DNA from: Chloroflexota bacterium
GTDB taxonomy: Bacteria; Chloroflexota; Limnocylindria; P2-11E
Reading direction: 5' to 3'
Assembly: GCA_016875795.1 (NCBI GenBank)
Contig: VGOU01000001.1
Coordinates: forward strand, 1 to 51,979
Length of the DNA: 51,979 nt
In this document: piece after piece, positions 20,912 through 30,133 of the stretch
Numbering within the stretch: position 1 is the first letter of the stretch
How the letters are laid out: each line of letters begins with the position of its first letter
Program-made: the position numbers and the translations under genes
The notes under the pieces: model-generated
What the model saw: only the letters and a program-made list of their open reading frames with translations
What the model was told of the DNA's origin: nothing
Databases searched by the model: none

Positions 20912-22069
20912 TCAGCGACCAGCCGCCCGGAGCAGCACCTCGGCCAGGCGCGGACCTTGGTGCCTCACCGAATACAGCCGCTCCACGCGCTCGCGCCCGC
21001 GCTCACCCATCTCGCGCCGGAGCGCGTCGTCGTCGAGCAGGCGGGCCAGCGCCGTCACCCACTCATCGTCGGTGTCGACGCAGTAGCCGGTGCGCTCGTG
21101 CTCGATCACCACCGGGTTGACCCCGACGCGGGAAGCGACGACCGGAAGCGCGGCGGCCATGTACAGGAGCGCCTTGAAAGCGCCTTTGCCGCGCGTCCAC
21201 GGATCGTCCGGCTCCGGGAGGACACCGACGTGGAATCCCGCGACGTCCTCGGGCTCGCGGTCGAGCCGGTACCGCCGGATGTCCACGGGCACCGACGGAT
21301 GCTCGTGGCTACCACCAACGACCCGGAGCGTGATCGACGGATGAGAGACGGCGAGCCGCTCGAGTGGGCTGTCGAGCAGGCGGAGATACAGCGCCGTCGT
21401 GCTCGATCCGACCCACCCGATGACCTTCGGGGACGGCGGCCGCGCGGCGAGCCCGGGCCTGTGGCGGTCCGTATCGACCGCCGTCGGGATGATCGTGACG
21501 TCCGCGTTCCATCGCCGAGCACGCTCCGCGAGGTACTCGTTCCCCACGATCACGGCGCGCGCCATCCTCGCGGTCTTCTCGACCCGTGACGGATGTCGCA
21601 GCCACGACCAGCGCCGGTTCACAGGGTGGATCGGAGCGAGCCAGATCGCGTCGTCGAAGTCGAACACGTAGGGGATTCCCGATGCCCCGATCGCCCGCTC
21701 GAGAAGGGGCGGGCCGATGGGGGCGGACTCCCGGTACACGATGATCAGCTCGTAACGCCGCATCCTCGTCAGGTCGGCCAGTCGCCGAGCGATCCCACGG
21801 AGGACGCCCGCGATCCTGGCGCCGACGGATCCCGACTGGTACAGCACGCGATAGGTCGCGTCGTCGAAGAAAGCAGAGACATCGAGCTCGATCCCGTGCT
21901 GTCGGAGCAGACCGGCGTACTGCTCGATCCGCAGCCGATTGCCGCCCCCGAGCGTAGGATGGGTCACGAGCGCGAGCACGCGCAGAGGCCTCGTCCCGGA
22001 TCCCTCCTCGATGGACGCGATGATGGCGAGGATAGGAGAGTTACGCTTCGGAAGCCCGTGAACGGACAC
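20912..22069 (-). CDS. GT4-family (group 1, GT-B) glycosyltransferase
   Basis: C-terminal GT1 core: GKGAFKALLYMAAALPVVASRVGVNPVVIEHERTGY. The 5' end is uncertain because ATG 22069 overlaps the divergent SDR start by 12 nt. Confidence 0.8.
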   Translation of the reverse strand: MSVHGLPKRNSPILAIIASIEEGSGTRPLRVLALVTHPTLGGGNRLRIEQYAGLLRQHGIELDVSAFFDDATYRVLYQSGSVGARIAGVLRGIARRLADLTRMRRYELIIVYRESAPIGPPLLERAIGASGIPYVFDFDDAIWLAPIHPVNRRWSWLRHPSRVEKTARMARAVIVGNEYLAERARRWNADVTIIPTAVDTDRHRPGLAARPPSPKVIGWVGSSTTALYLRLLDSPLERLAVSHPSITLRVVGGSHEHPSVPVDIRRYRLDREPEDVAGFHVGVLPEPDDPWTRGKGAFKALLYMAAALPVVASRVGVNPVVIEHERTGYCVDTDDEWVTALARLLDDDALRREMGERGRERVERLYSVRHQGPRLAEVLLRAAGR

Positions 22070-23080
22070 GTCGTCGTGACCGGTGGTGCCGGCTACATCG
22101 GCTCGGTGCTCACCGAGATGCTGCTTGCCGCCGGCGCTCGCGTCACGGTCCTCGACCGCCTCTTCTTCGGGGACACGCTCGCTGACCTCATGAGACGGGA
22201 CCGGCTGCGAGTCGTGCGGGATGACATCCGCGCTTGCGACCCGGCGCTCCTGGAAGGCGCAGACGCCGTCTGCGACCTAGCCGCGCTCAGCAACGATCCG
22301 GCGGGTGAGCTCGATCCGCGCAAGACGATGGAAATCAACTTCGAGGGCCGAGCGAGGATCTGCCGGCTCGCGAAGCGCGCAGGCGTGCGACGGTATGTGC
22401 TCGCGAGCTCATGCAGCATCTATGGATTCCAGGACGACGTGGTCGATGAGACCGGGCCGACGCAGCCGCTGACGACATACGCACACGCGAACGCGCGTGC
22501 GGAGGAGGCGGTGCTCGGAGAAGCGAGCTCTCGGTTCTGCGTCACCGCGCTGCGCCAAGCGACCGTCTACGGAGCAAGCCGACGGATGCGCTTCGATCTG
22601 GCCATCAATGGGATGACGCTGGCTGCGCATCGGACGGGACGTGTGCGCATCTTGCGCGACGGCACGCAGTGGCGGCCGATGGTCCACGTGCATGACACGT
22701 CGCGGGCGTTCCTGTGCGCACTCGATGCCGAGAGCGAGACGGTGAACGGCGAGATCTTCAACGTCGGGTCAGACGACCAGAACTTGCAGATCCTCCCGCT
22801 CGCGGAGCGGGTGGCGGCCGCTATCGGCGTGCCTTTCGTGGCCGACTGGTACGGGGACCCGGATCACCGCTCGTACCGAGCGAGCTTCTCGAAGATCGCG
22901 GACCGGTTGGGCTACCGGACGACTCGCACTCCGGAGGACGGAGCGCGCGAGGTGGCGGCCGGACTGCGCGCGGGTACTCTGAGAGACGGGCCGGAGACGC
23001 GAACGGTCGAGTGGTACCGCGAGCTCATCCGGTGGCACACGATGACCCGCGAGGTCGCTATGAATGGCGCGATCCTCTAG
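22058..23080 (+). CDS. extended SDR (NAD-dependent epimerase/dehydratase family) with atypical YxxxN in place of YxxxK
   Basis: GTG 22058 gives VNGHVVVTGGAGYIGS. SSCSIYG is present. The active-site region reads TYAHANARAEE (Tyr 22478..22480, Asn 22490..22492). Confidence 0.8.
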   Translation: MNGHVVVTGGAGYIGSVLTEMLLAAGARVTVLDRLFFGDTLADLMRRDRLRVVRDDIRACDPALLEGADAVCDLAALSNDPAGELDPRKTMEINFEGRARICRLAKRAGVRRYVLASSCSIYGFQDDVVDETGPTQPLTTYAHANARAEEAVLGEASSRFCVTALRQATVYGASRRMRFDLAINGMTLAAHRTGRVRILRDGTQWRPMVHVHDTSRAFLCALDAESETVNGEIFNVGSDDQNLQILPLAERVAAAIGVPFVADWYGDPDHRSYRASFSKIADRLGYRTTRTPEDGAREVAAGLRAGTLRDGPETRTVEWYRELIRWHTMTREVAMNGAIL

Positions 23081-23978
23081 ACGGCTGGCGGTCGTCGGAG
23101 CCTCGGGCCAGCTCGGCTCCGACCTCGTCCGCTGTGGCCGCGAGAGCGGATACGAGGTCGTTTCCCTGACGCACGACGACGTCGAGGTCACCGATGCCCG
23201 CTCGATCGAAGCGGCGCTCGAGGCCGCGACGGCGGAGGTCGTGATCGACTGCGCGGCCTTCCACCAGGTGGACGAGTGCGAACGCGATCCTGCCACCGCG
23301 TTCGCCGTGAACTCGATCGGCGCGGCTTCCATCGCACGAGCGGCCCGGCGCCGTGGGGCTCGGACGGTCTTCGTCAGCACCGACTACGTGTTCAGCGGCA
23401 CGAAGCCGTTCAGCGGGCCGACCGGCCCGGCATCGCCCGTGGACGCGTACACGGAGGACGAGCCGACCGGCCCGGTCAACGCGTACGGCGTGAGCAAGCT
23501 GGCGGGGGAGATGTTGGTCCGGCAGGCGGACGATGGCGCGCTCATCGTCCGAACGGCGGGCCTCTTCGGTCGCACCGGCTCGCGCGGGAAGAAGGGCACC
23601 AACTTCGTCGAGCAGGTGCTCCGACAGGTGCGCATCGGCGCTCCGCTCCGGGTGGTGGATGATCAGTACGTCACGCCCACCTATACCCTCGACGCGGCAC
23701 AGGCGATCATCGCCCTGATCGACCTCGGCGCGACGGGGATCGTGCACGTCGCCGCCGCCGGGGCATGCACGTGGCACGAGTTCGCATCACGGTGCGTCGC
23801 TCAAGTGGAAGCACGACTCGAGGTCGAAAGGATCGGCGCCGCCGAGCGATCGGCCGGAGCCGCGCGCCCGGCTAACACCGCTCTGTGCGTCGATCGTCTC
23901 GCGTCGCTCCTGCGCCGTCCCGTACGACCCTGGACGGAGGCGCTCGCGGCCTACTTGTCTGAGATGGGTCACGTCTAG
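23064..23978 (+). CDS. rmlD: dTDP-4-dehydrorhamnose reductase
   Basis: VVGASGQLGSDL, VIDCAAF, VFVSTDYVF, YGVSKLAGE and PTYT, at an RmlD-typical length of 304 aa. Confidence 0.85.
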   Translation: MARSSRRLAVVGASGQLGSDLVRCGRESGYEVVSLTHDDVEVTDARSIEAALEAATAEVVIDCAAFHQVDECERDPATAFAVNSIGAASIARAARRRGARTVFVSTDYVFSGTKPFSGPTGPASPVDAYTEDEPTGPVNAYGVSKLAGEMLVRQADDGALIVRTAGLFGRTGSRGKKGTNFVEQVLRQVRIGAPLRVVDDQYVTPTYTLDAAQAIIALIDLGATGIVHVAAAGACTWHEFASRCVAQVEARLEVERIGAAERSAGAARPANTALCVDRLASLLRRPVRPWTEALAAYLSEMGHV

Positions 23979-24727
23979 CGGGCGGGTGGCTCCACGGTCC
24001 GGTTGGCGCCTCGCGTGGCCACGAGCTGGCCCGCGCGGAACAGCGCGTCGAGCGACTCGCCGCAGTCCGCCCAGTACCCCTCCGCGACCTCGTGGGAGAG
24101 CTGCCCGAGCGCAAGGTAGTGGTTGTTCACATCGGTGATCTCGAGCTCGCCACGAGCCGACGGGACGAGGCCGCGCGCCAGATCGAAGACCCGCGCGTCA
24201 TAGAGGTAGAGACCGGTGACCGCGTAACGCGATGCGGGCCGTGACGGCTTCTCGACGATGCGCACGAGCCGGTCGCCTTCGAACTCCGGGACCCCGTACG
24301 CCTCGGGGTGCTCGACCTCGGCGAGGACGATCCGTGCGCCAACAGGACGTGCCCTGAACCGATCGACGATCGGTGCGACGGAACGCTCGAAGATGTTGTC
24401 GGCGAGAAGGACGGCGACGGGGCCCCCGTCCGCGAAGTGCTCCGCGAGACCCAGCGCCTCCGCGATCCCTCCCGCGCGCTCCTGGTACGCGTAGTCAAGG
24501 TGCCGCAGTCCGAACGCCCGGCCGTTCCCGAGCAGCCGCAGGAACTCCCCCGCGTGATTCCCGCCTGTCACGATCATGATCCGGTCGATCCCGGCGAGCA
24601 CCATCTGCTCGACGGCGAAGTAGATCATCGGACGGTCGTACACGGGGAGCAGATGCTTGTTCGTGATCCGCGTGAGCGGGTCGAGCCGCTGGCCAGACCC
24701 ACCGGCGAGGATGATCCCGCGGATCAC
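23975..24727 (-). CDS. rmlA: glucose-1-phosphate thymidylyltransferase-like sugar nucleotidyltransferase (short form)
   Basis: GIILAGGSGQRLDPLTRITNKHLLPVYDRPMIYF. GTG 24727 forms a GTGA overlap with the upstream stop. Confidence 0.8.
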   Translation of the reverse strand: MIRGIILAGGSGQRLDPLTRITNKHLLPVYDRPMIYFAVEQMVLAGIDRIMIVTGGNHAGEFLRLLGNGRAFGLRHLDYAYQERAGGIAEALGLAEHFADGGPVAVLLADNIFERSVAPIVDRFRARPVGARIVLAEVEHPEAYGVPEFEGDRLVRIVEKPSRPASRYAVTGLYLYDARVFDLARGLVPSARGELEITDVNNHYLALGQLSHEVAEGYWADCGESLDALFRAGQLVATRGANRTVEPPAR

Positions 24728-25968
24728 GCGTACACCCGCGCGGTCGGGATCGGGTGGATGAAGTGGCCGCCCGCGCTGAGGTAGGGCGCGTGCTTCCGGA
24801 CGATCGCGTCGGCGTAGTTCCACGCGAGCATGACCGCGTAGTCGGGCCGTTCTTCGAGGAGCGCGCCCTCAGGCCGCACCGGGATGTGCATACCCGGGGT
24901 GAGGAGCCCCTGCTTGAACGGCGTGGTGTCGGCGACGAACTCGACGAGCTCGGTCCCGATCCCGCAGTAGTTCAGCAGCGTGTTGCCCTTCGCTGTCGCG
25001 CCCAGCGCGGCGACGCGGCGCCTCTCGGATCGGAGCCGGCCGAGCATCTCACGCAGTGCATCGCGCGAGCGCGCGACCTGTGTGGCGAAGTCGGCGTAGG
25101 TGCTCGCATCGAGCAGCCCGGTGCGGGCCTCGTCCTCGAGGAGGCGCTCGAGATCCGCGCTCCGCGGGCGCCGCGCGGCGCGTCCGACGAACATCCGGAT
25201 CGACCCGCCGTGGATCGGGATCCGCCGGACGTCGAAGAGCTCGAGCCCCGCGGAAGCGAACAGCTCCGTGAGCGGATGGACCGCGAAGTACGAGAGGTGC
25301 TCGTGGTAGATGGTGTCGTACTCGACGTGGGCGATGAGGTCGCCCAGGTATGGCACCTCAGCCACGAACACGCCGTCGGTCTCGAGCAGCGCGTCAAGCG
25401 CGGCCGCGATCGCTCGGACGTCGTCGATGTGCGCGAGGACGTTGTTCGCGAGCACAACCGCGGCGCGGCCACGATCAGCCGCGATCCGCTGCGCGACATC
25501 GGGCCCGAAGAACTCGTTCCAGGTCTCGAGGCCCGTGGCGTTCGCGACGCTCGCGAGGTTCGTCGCCGGCTCGACGCCGAGCGGCCGCAGGCCACGGTCG
25601 CGCAGGGCGCGCAGCAGGACGCCGTCGTTGCTCCCGAACTCGACGACGACCGACCCGGCTCGAGCGAAGCGGTCGCGGACCTCCTGGGCGAGGCCCGCGA
25701 AGTGTTCGAGGAGCGGCGCGGACGCCGAGGACGCGTACAGGTAGTGGCGGAAGAGGATGTCGGGACGGACCACGACCGAGAGCTGGAGCAATCCGCAGCG
25801 GGCGCAGCGGAGGGTCTCGAGCGCGAAGCGCTGCTCCGGCTCGGCGGCGCGCTCCGGGCTCACGAAAGCGTTCGCCAGCGGGGTGCTGCCGAGGTCGAGG
25901 ACGAGCGACAGGTCGCCTGAGCGGCACACGCGGCAGCGATCGACTCGGCGAAAGGAGGATCCGGTCAC
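24724..25968 (-). CDS. NDP-hexose C-methyltransferase (TylC3-like), N-terminal zinc-binding domain
   Basis: CRVCRSGDL...CARCGLLQ zinc ribbon. FGSNDG SAM motif. EVPYLGDLIAHVEYDTIYHEHLSYF and IHGGSIR are the C-methyltransferase C-terminal domain. Confidence 0.8.
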   Translation of the reverse strand: MTGSSFRRVDRCRVCRSGDLSLVLDLGSTPLANAFVSPERAAEPEQRFALETLRCARCGLLQLSVVVRPDILFRHYLYASSASAPLLEHFAGLAQEVRDRFARAGSVVVEFGSNDGVLLRALRDRGLRPLGVEPATNLASVANATGLETWNEFFGPDVAQRIAADRGRAAVVLANNVLAHIDDVRAIAAALDALLETDGVFVAEVPYLGDLIAHVEYDTIYHEHLSYFAVHPLTELFASAGLELFDVRRIPIHGGSIRMFVGRAARRPRSADLERLLEDEARTGLLDASTYADFATQVARSRDALREMLGRLRSERRRVAALGATAKGNTLLNYCGIGTELVEFVADTTPFKQGLLTPGMHIPVRPEGALLEERPDYAVMLAWNYADAIVRKHAPYLSAGGHFIHPIPTARVYA

Positions 25969-26010
25969 ACCGCCATTCTCACGGCACGAGCGGCGCGGCG
26001 CGAATGGCGT

Positions 26011-26946
26011 TCAGGCGTGCGCGTACGCGAGGCAGTCCGCGCAGGGGGTCCCGGCGACGTCCTTCGCGAGGTGCGCCCGGCGGAGCGCTGCGGCGCGCTC
26101 GGAGTGCCATGCTGCGATGAGCGTCGAGACCGTGAGGTCGCCGAGGTAGTACTTCGGATCGTGGTCGTAGAAGCACGCGCTCATCCACCCCGTGTAGCTG
26201 ATGTGCGGCTCCGTGAAGAGCGACCAGCAGGGCAGCATCGCGAGGAGCACCGCCGCCCGATGCTTCGCGGCCGCCTGGATCCCGTACTGGCGCAGCGCGT
26301 AATGCTGGTCGACGTAGGCGCCGATGAGACGGTGCGCCGCTTCGAAGCGCCGCTCGCCGTCTGGCTCGTCGAGGACCACCGTGCTCGCGTAGAGCTTCGG
26401 CTGGGCACGGGCACCGCGCAGCTCCCACGCTCCGCGCACGTTCGAGATGACCCGGTCGAACGCGTCGACGGCGGTCACCCGTCTGTACTCCTGCGCGTCG
26501 ACGGCGTTGACCGAGAACTTGATGCTGTCGATCCCAGCGTCGTACAGGTCACGCAGCCGCGTCGTGCTCGCGAGGCGCCCGTTCGTCGTGATGAAGACGT
26601 AGGGCGTCCCGATCGCCTTCGCGTACGCCACGTACTCCGTGAGGCGCGCGTTCAGGAGCGGCTCGCCGAGCCAGAAGAGGCCGAGGTCGCGGACGCCGAG
26701 GTCACGCGCCTCGCGGATGACGCGGAAGGCCAGAGCAGGCTCGATGTCCCCCTTCGCGCTCCGTGGCTTGTACGTGAGCGTGCAGAAGGAGCACCGGAGG
26801 TCGCAGCGGCCGGTGACCTCGATCTTCAGCTTCGTGGGGAACGGCGGCCGCTCGACCGCCATGCTCGGCTCGACACGCCTGGTCTCCGCGACCCGCTCGA
26901 CGATCCCGGCCTCCGTCACGACACCTCCGTTCGCCGTCCAGTGCAT
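26011..26946 (-). CDS. radical SAM enzyme with Cys-rich SPASM/twitch-like C-terminal extension
   Basis: TGRCDLRCSFCT gives CxxxCxxC, with a FWLGEPLL GGE-like motif. C-terminal cysteines occur in CWSLF...SACFYD...PCADC. An alternative ATG is at 26862. Confidence 0.8.
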   Translation of the reverse strand: MHWTANGGVVTEAGIVERVAETRRVEPSMAVERPPFPTKLKIEVTGRCDLRCSFCTLTYKPRSAKGDIEPALAFRVIREARDLGVRDLGLFWLGEPLLNARLTEYVAYAKAIGTPYVFITTNGRLASTTRLRDLYDAGIDSIKFSVNAVDAQEYRRVTAVDAFDRVISNVRGAWELRGARAQPKLYASTVVLDEPDGERRFEAAHRLIGAYVDQHYALRQYGIQAAAKHRAAVLLAMLPCWSLFTEPHISYTGWMSACFYDHDPKYYLGDLTVSTLIAAWHSERAAALRRAHLAKDVAGTPCADCLAYAHA

Positions 26947-27003
26947 CGGCGAGCGGACGGCGCGTCGTGGGGCATCCGCCCCTTGCCTGTAGGCCGTTCG
27001 GCC

Positions 27004-27390
27004 TCAGCGGATCGGAGCGAGCAAGAGGCGGCTGAGGCGGCCGAACCGGGGACCGACGCCTTCGAGGTACGTGACCTCGCGCGGCGCGACGACGCGGAAG
27101 GAGCGCACCGCGGCCAGGAGGACGAGGAGCGCGAGGCTTGTCGCCGCGACGCCCCCGATCGCGCCGGCCAGGAGGAGCGGCACCGCCGCCGGTGCCGCGA
27201 GCCAACTGACGCCGAGGGAGCCGAGCACCCCGAACTCGCGTGTCTCCGGCACGAGCGCAACGACCATCGCGATCGCGACGACCTGGCCGGCGAACAGGCC
27301 GACCGCTGCCGCATACGGTCCCCAGGCGTCGCTCGCGATGAGCACGACCGCACCGTTGACACGGGCCCCGGCCGACGCGCGCGCGCGGAG
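27004..27390 (-). pseudogene. 3' fragment (last roughly 125 codons) of a second Wzx-like flippase gene
   Basis: GPYAAAVGLFAGQVVAIAMVV...GGVAATSLALLVLLAAVRSFRVVAPREVTYLEGVGPRFGRLSRLLLAPIR aligns residue for residue with the C-terminus of the intact flippase 32860..34308 (...GEVVATSLALILLLVLIRSLRIMEPREMSYLEGIGPGFGRVSRLLLAPIG). There is no corresponding N-terminal part. Confidence 0.7.
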
Positions 27391-28125
27391 CGCGGGCAAG
27401 AGGTCGATGACGTCGAGCCCGCTCGCCGCGAACGAGTGCGCGAGGAGCTCGTTCGGCTGACCGAGGTCCACGGTCGTGGGGTCGATCCGCAGCGCGCGAA
27501 GGCAGAAGCTCGTGACGTCCTCGTGGACCTGGTACGAGACGGGGAGCAGGACGAAGAGCACGGGGATGCCGCGGCGCGCGAAGGCGTCGCGGATCTCGAG
27601 TGCCGCCTCAGTCGTGATCCTCCAGCGGCCCGAGCCGCGTTCGCTCCGGAGTCACACCTCGGGCAGGGAGATCCGCGACGGTCCGAGCGTCGTGAGGAGC
27701 CCCTGCGTCCGGGACTTCTCGAGAAGCCACAGGTGCGACCGCGCGTTCAGCTCGTCGTTGATCGGCTCGAGGACCGCGAGCACGATCTCGGTCCGATCGA
27801 AGGACCGCGGCCGGCGGACGCGCGCCGGCTCGAGGATGGCCGAGCTGAACGCGGCGCGGCGCTCGGCGAAGACGTCGTTCGCCATGAGGATGAAGACGAT
27901 CCCCATGTCGTATCGCTCTCGCTCCAGTGCGCGGCGCGCCTCGAAGAGATGGTGGTCGGGTTCCCACGCGCTCACGCCCGCGTTGTCGACGCGGACCGGC
28001 CGGGCGCAGCCGTCCGAAAGCATCCGCTCGAGCTGTGTCGTGAGGACCTCGCCGTGGTCGGCCTGGAGCGCCTCGACGAACGAATCGCGATCGCGAGGAC
28101 CGCGGGCCCGGGTGACGCCGGGCCG
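27391..28125 (-). pseudogene. SGNH/GDSL-like hydrolase remnant with an in-frame TGA, fused to the flippase fragment
   Basis: ORFs 27652..28023 and 27004..27561 are in the same frame, separated by TGA at 27654..27652. Block II/III-like VDNAGVSAW and IVFILMANDV are present. Block I reads RDRDSF rather than GDS. A TAG lies 14 codons upstream (28126..28128) with no start in between. Block V is missing at the fusion point. Confidence 0.55.
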
Positions 28126-28385
28126 CTAACGGATGCGACGCGGTATCAACGCTCGTCGGTGACGATCCGGTGGAAGCCCTCACCGGTGTTCACGCGCGTG
28201 TCGATGCCCTCCTGGTGCCGCCACCCGAAGAGCGGATCGGGCCGGAGCAGCGCGGGCCCGTCGACCTCGATGAGCTGCTGAGGCCAGACGACGCCACGAC
28301 GAGCTCGCAGAGCAAGAGCGTCGCGACGACGACGATGGTGACGCGGAGCGCGACCGATCCGACCGCGGCGACCAGGCGCATCCGC

Positions 28386-29393
28386 TCATGCTCCCAGCGC
28401 GCCGCGTCGCACGGCGAGCGCGGCGTCCGCTATGAGGACGAGGCCGGGAAGGCTGCCCCAGTGCCACTCGCCGGTGCGCCGCTCCAGGCGTCCGCCGAAG
28501 CCCTCCTTGAATCGCGCGACACCGGCCATGCGTGCGCTCGGGTCGAGCCCACCGAGATCGAGCTCGGTGACGCCGCGCCGCGCGAGGGCGAGCGCCAGCT
28601 CGCGGACCGCGGCGTAGGACGCGGCGCGGCGAAGCCCATCCGGTCCCGTCGCGGCGGTATGGAAGAACGCTCGATCGCCGAAGACGAGCGCGAAGCACGC
28701 CGTGATCGGGACGCCGTCCGCCCAGCCGATGAGGACGACCGCGCCGTCCCCGAAGTGCCGGCAGAGCGACGCGAGCGCGCCCCGCTCGGCCTGCGGCGCG
28801 GTCGGGATCCGCTTCCGGCGCGTCATCGTGCCGTGGAGCGCCACGAGCGCCTCGATGTGCTCGGCGTCGCGGCCCGCGGTCCACCGGAGCGGCGACGCCG
28901 ACGCGCGCTTCAGCTCGTAGCGATGGTGCTTCGACATGCGCGCCGTGAGCGCGTCCGCGTCCGCCGTGAGGTCGACGACGACGGTGAGCCCGCTGTTGAG
29001 GCGGACGAGCGGCCGACAGCATGCGCGCGCGACGCCTGTCGCGAGAGCGGAGCCCGGCGGCGCGGTGGGGTCGAAGCGGACGTACACGCGGCCGTAGCGC
29101 TCGCGGAGCGCGGTCAGCAGACCGCGCACGAGATCGGCGGCGAGCGCGGCGTCGGCGACCGACCCGCTCGCGAGCGGCGCCCCCGGCGCCCAGGCCAGCG
29201 TGACCCCGAGCCGCCGCCGCAGGAGCACCTGCGCCGCCGCGAGGTCCCCGTCCACGACGAAGCGTTCGGCCTGCCAGCCGTGCTCGCCGCGATGCGCGGC
29301 CCACGCCGCCGACTGGAAGAGCGATGCGCCGGCGTGCCGCTGCACGACGGCATCCCAGTCCGTACCGGGACCGGCGCGCCGCCACGCCGTCAC
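28386..29393 (-). CDS. FemAB-family (aminoacyl-tRNA-dependent peptidyltransferase-like, GNAT fold) protein
   Basis: SLFQSAAWAAHRGEHGW, RMSKHHRYELKRA, ALHGTMTRRKRI, FFHTAAT and LDLGGLD...GVARFKEGFGG. GTG 29393 forms a GTGA overlap. Confidence 0.7.
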   Translation of the reverse strand: MTAWRRAGPGTDWDAVVQRHAGASLFQSAAWAAHRGEHGWQAERFVVDGDLAAAQVLLRRRLGVTLAWAPGAPLASGSVADAALAADLVRGLLTALRERYGRVYVRFDPTAPPGSALATGVARACCRPLVRLNSGLTVVVDLTADADALTARMSKHHRYELKRASASPLRWTAGRDAEHIEALVALHGTMTRRKRIPTAPQAERGALASLCRHFGDGAVVLIGWADGVPITACFALVFGDRAFFHTAATGPDGLRRAASYAAVRELALALARRGVTELDLGGLDPSARMAGVARFKEGFGGRLERRTGEWHWGSLPGLVLIADAALAVRRGALGA

Positions 29394-30133
29394 CGCGGGC
29401 GGACGGCGCGCGCGAAGATCGCCACCTCGAAGCGGGGGTCGACGAGGTCCAGCTCCGCCAGGGTGAGCTCCTCCGCGGCGAGACCGTACAGGGAAGCCGC
29501 GGCGGTCCGCACGCTGCCGCGGACGCTGATCGCGACGTGGTCCGCTTGGAATGCCTCCTCGCACAGCCTGCGCGCGGAGACGGACGTGTACCGCCAGAAG
29601 TCGCCCGCTCCGTGCCAGCCCGGCGGGCCGTAGCCGGGATCCTCGGCGCGCCGCGCGATCCCGGTGAAGTTCGCGAGGAGGACCCCACCCGGCCGGAGCG
29701 CGCGATGGCACGTCCGGATCGCGGCGCCGATCTCGTAGATCAGCAAGAACGTGTTGACGATCAGCAGGCAGTCGAACGACGCGTCCGGGATGCCGCGCCC
29801 GCTCACGAGGTCACCGACGATGGTCGCCTCGGGGTTGCCCTCCATGAGGTCGAGCACGTCCGAGCGATCGACGCCCTGGCCGAGCTCGTTCGTGTAGCGC
29901 CGATCGCCGACCTCGAGAACGCGTCCCCGGATGTCCGCGCGGTGCGCGCGCAGGAACTCGCGGATCCAGTAGATCTCGATGGGCGTGCCGCGGTCGAGGC
30001 CCCAGATGTCGCTGACGGGCCGGATGCCCATCGGCTCCCGCGGACGCGACCGCGCGACGCGCTGGCCGATGCGCACGAGCGCATCGAACGCGGGGGCAGG
30101 CAGGACACGTCGTGCGAGCCGGCTCAGCCGCAT
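29390..30133 (-). CDS. SAM-dependent methyltransferase
   Basis: ATG verified at 30131..30133. RVLEVGDRRYT, FDCLLIVNTFLLIYE and LRPGGVLL. Confidence 0.75.
   Translation of the reverse strand: MRLSRLARRVLPAPAFDALVRIGQRVARSRPREPMGIRPVSDIWGLDRGTPIEIYWIREFLRAHRADIRGRVLEVGDRRYTNELGQGVDRSDVLDLMEGNPEATIVGDLVSGRGIPDASFDCLLIVNTFLLIYEIGAAIRTCHRALRPGGVLLANFTGIARRAEDPGYGPPGWHGAGDFWRYTSVSARRLCEEAFQADHVAISVRGSVRTAAASLYGLAAEELTLAELDLVDPRFEVAIFARAVRPR

Noticed and set aside
27652-27654. In-frame TGA as selenocysteine or programmed readthrough.
   Set aside because: The surrounding gene lacks a start and a catalytic Ser block and is fused to a gene fragment. I see no SECIS-like hairpin. Decay is the simpler reading.
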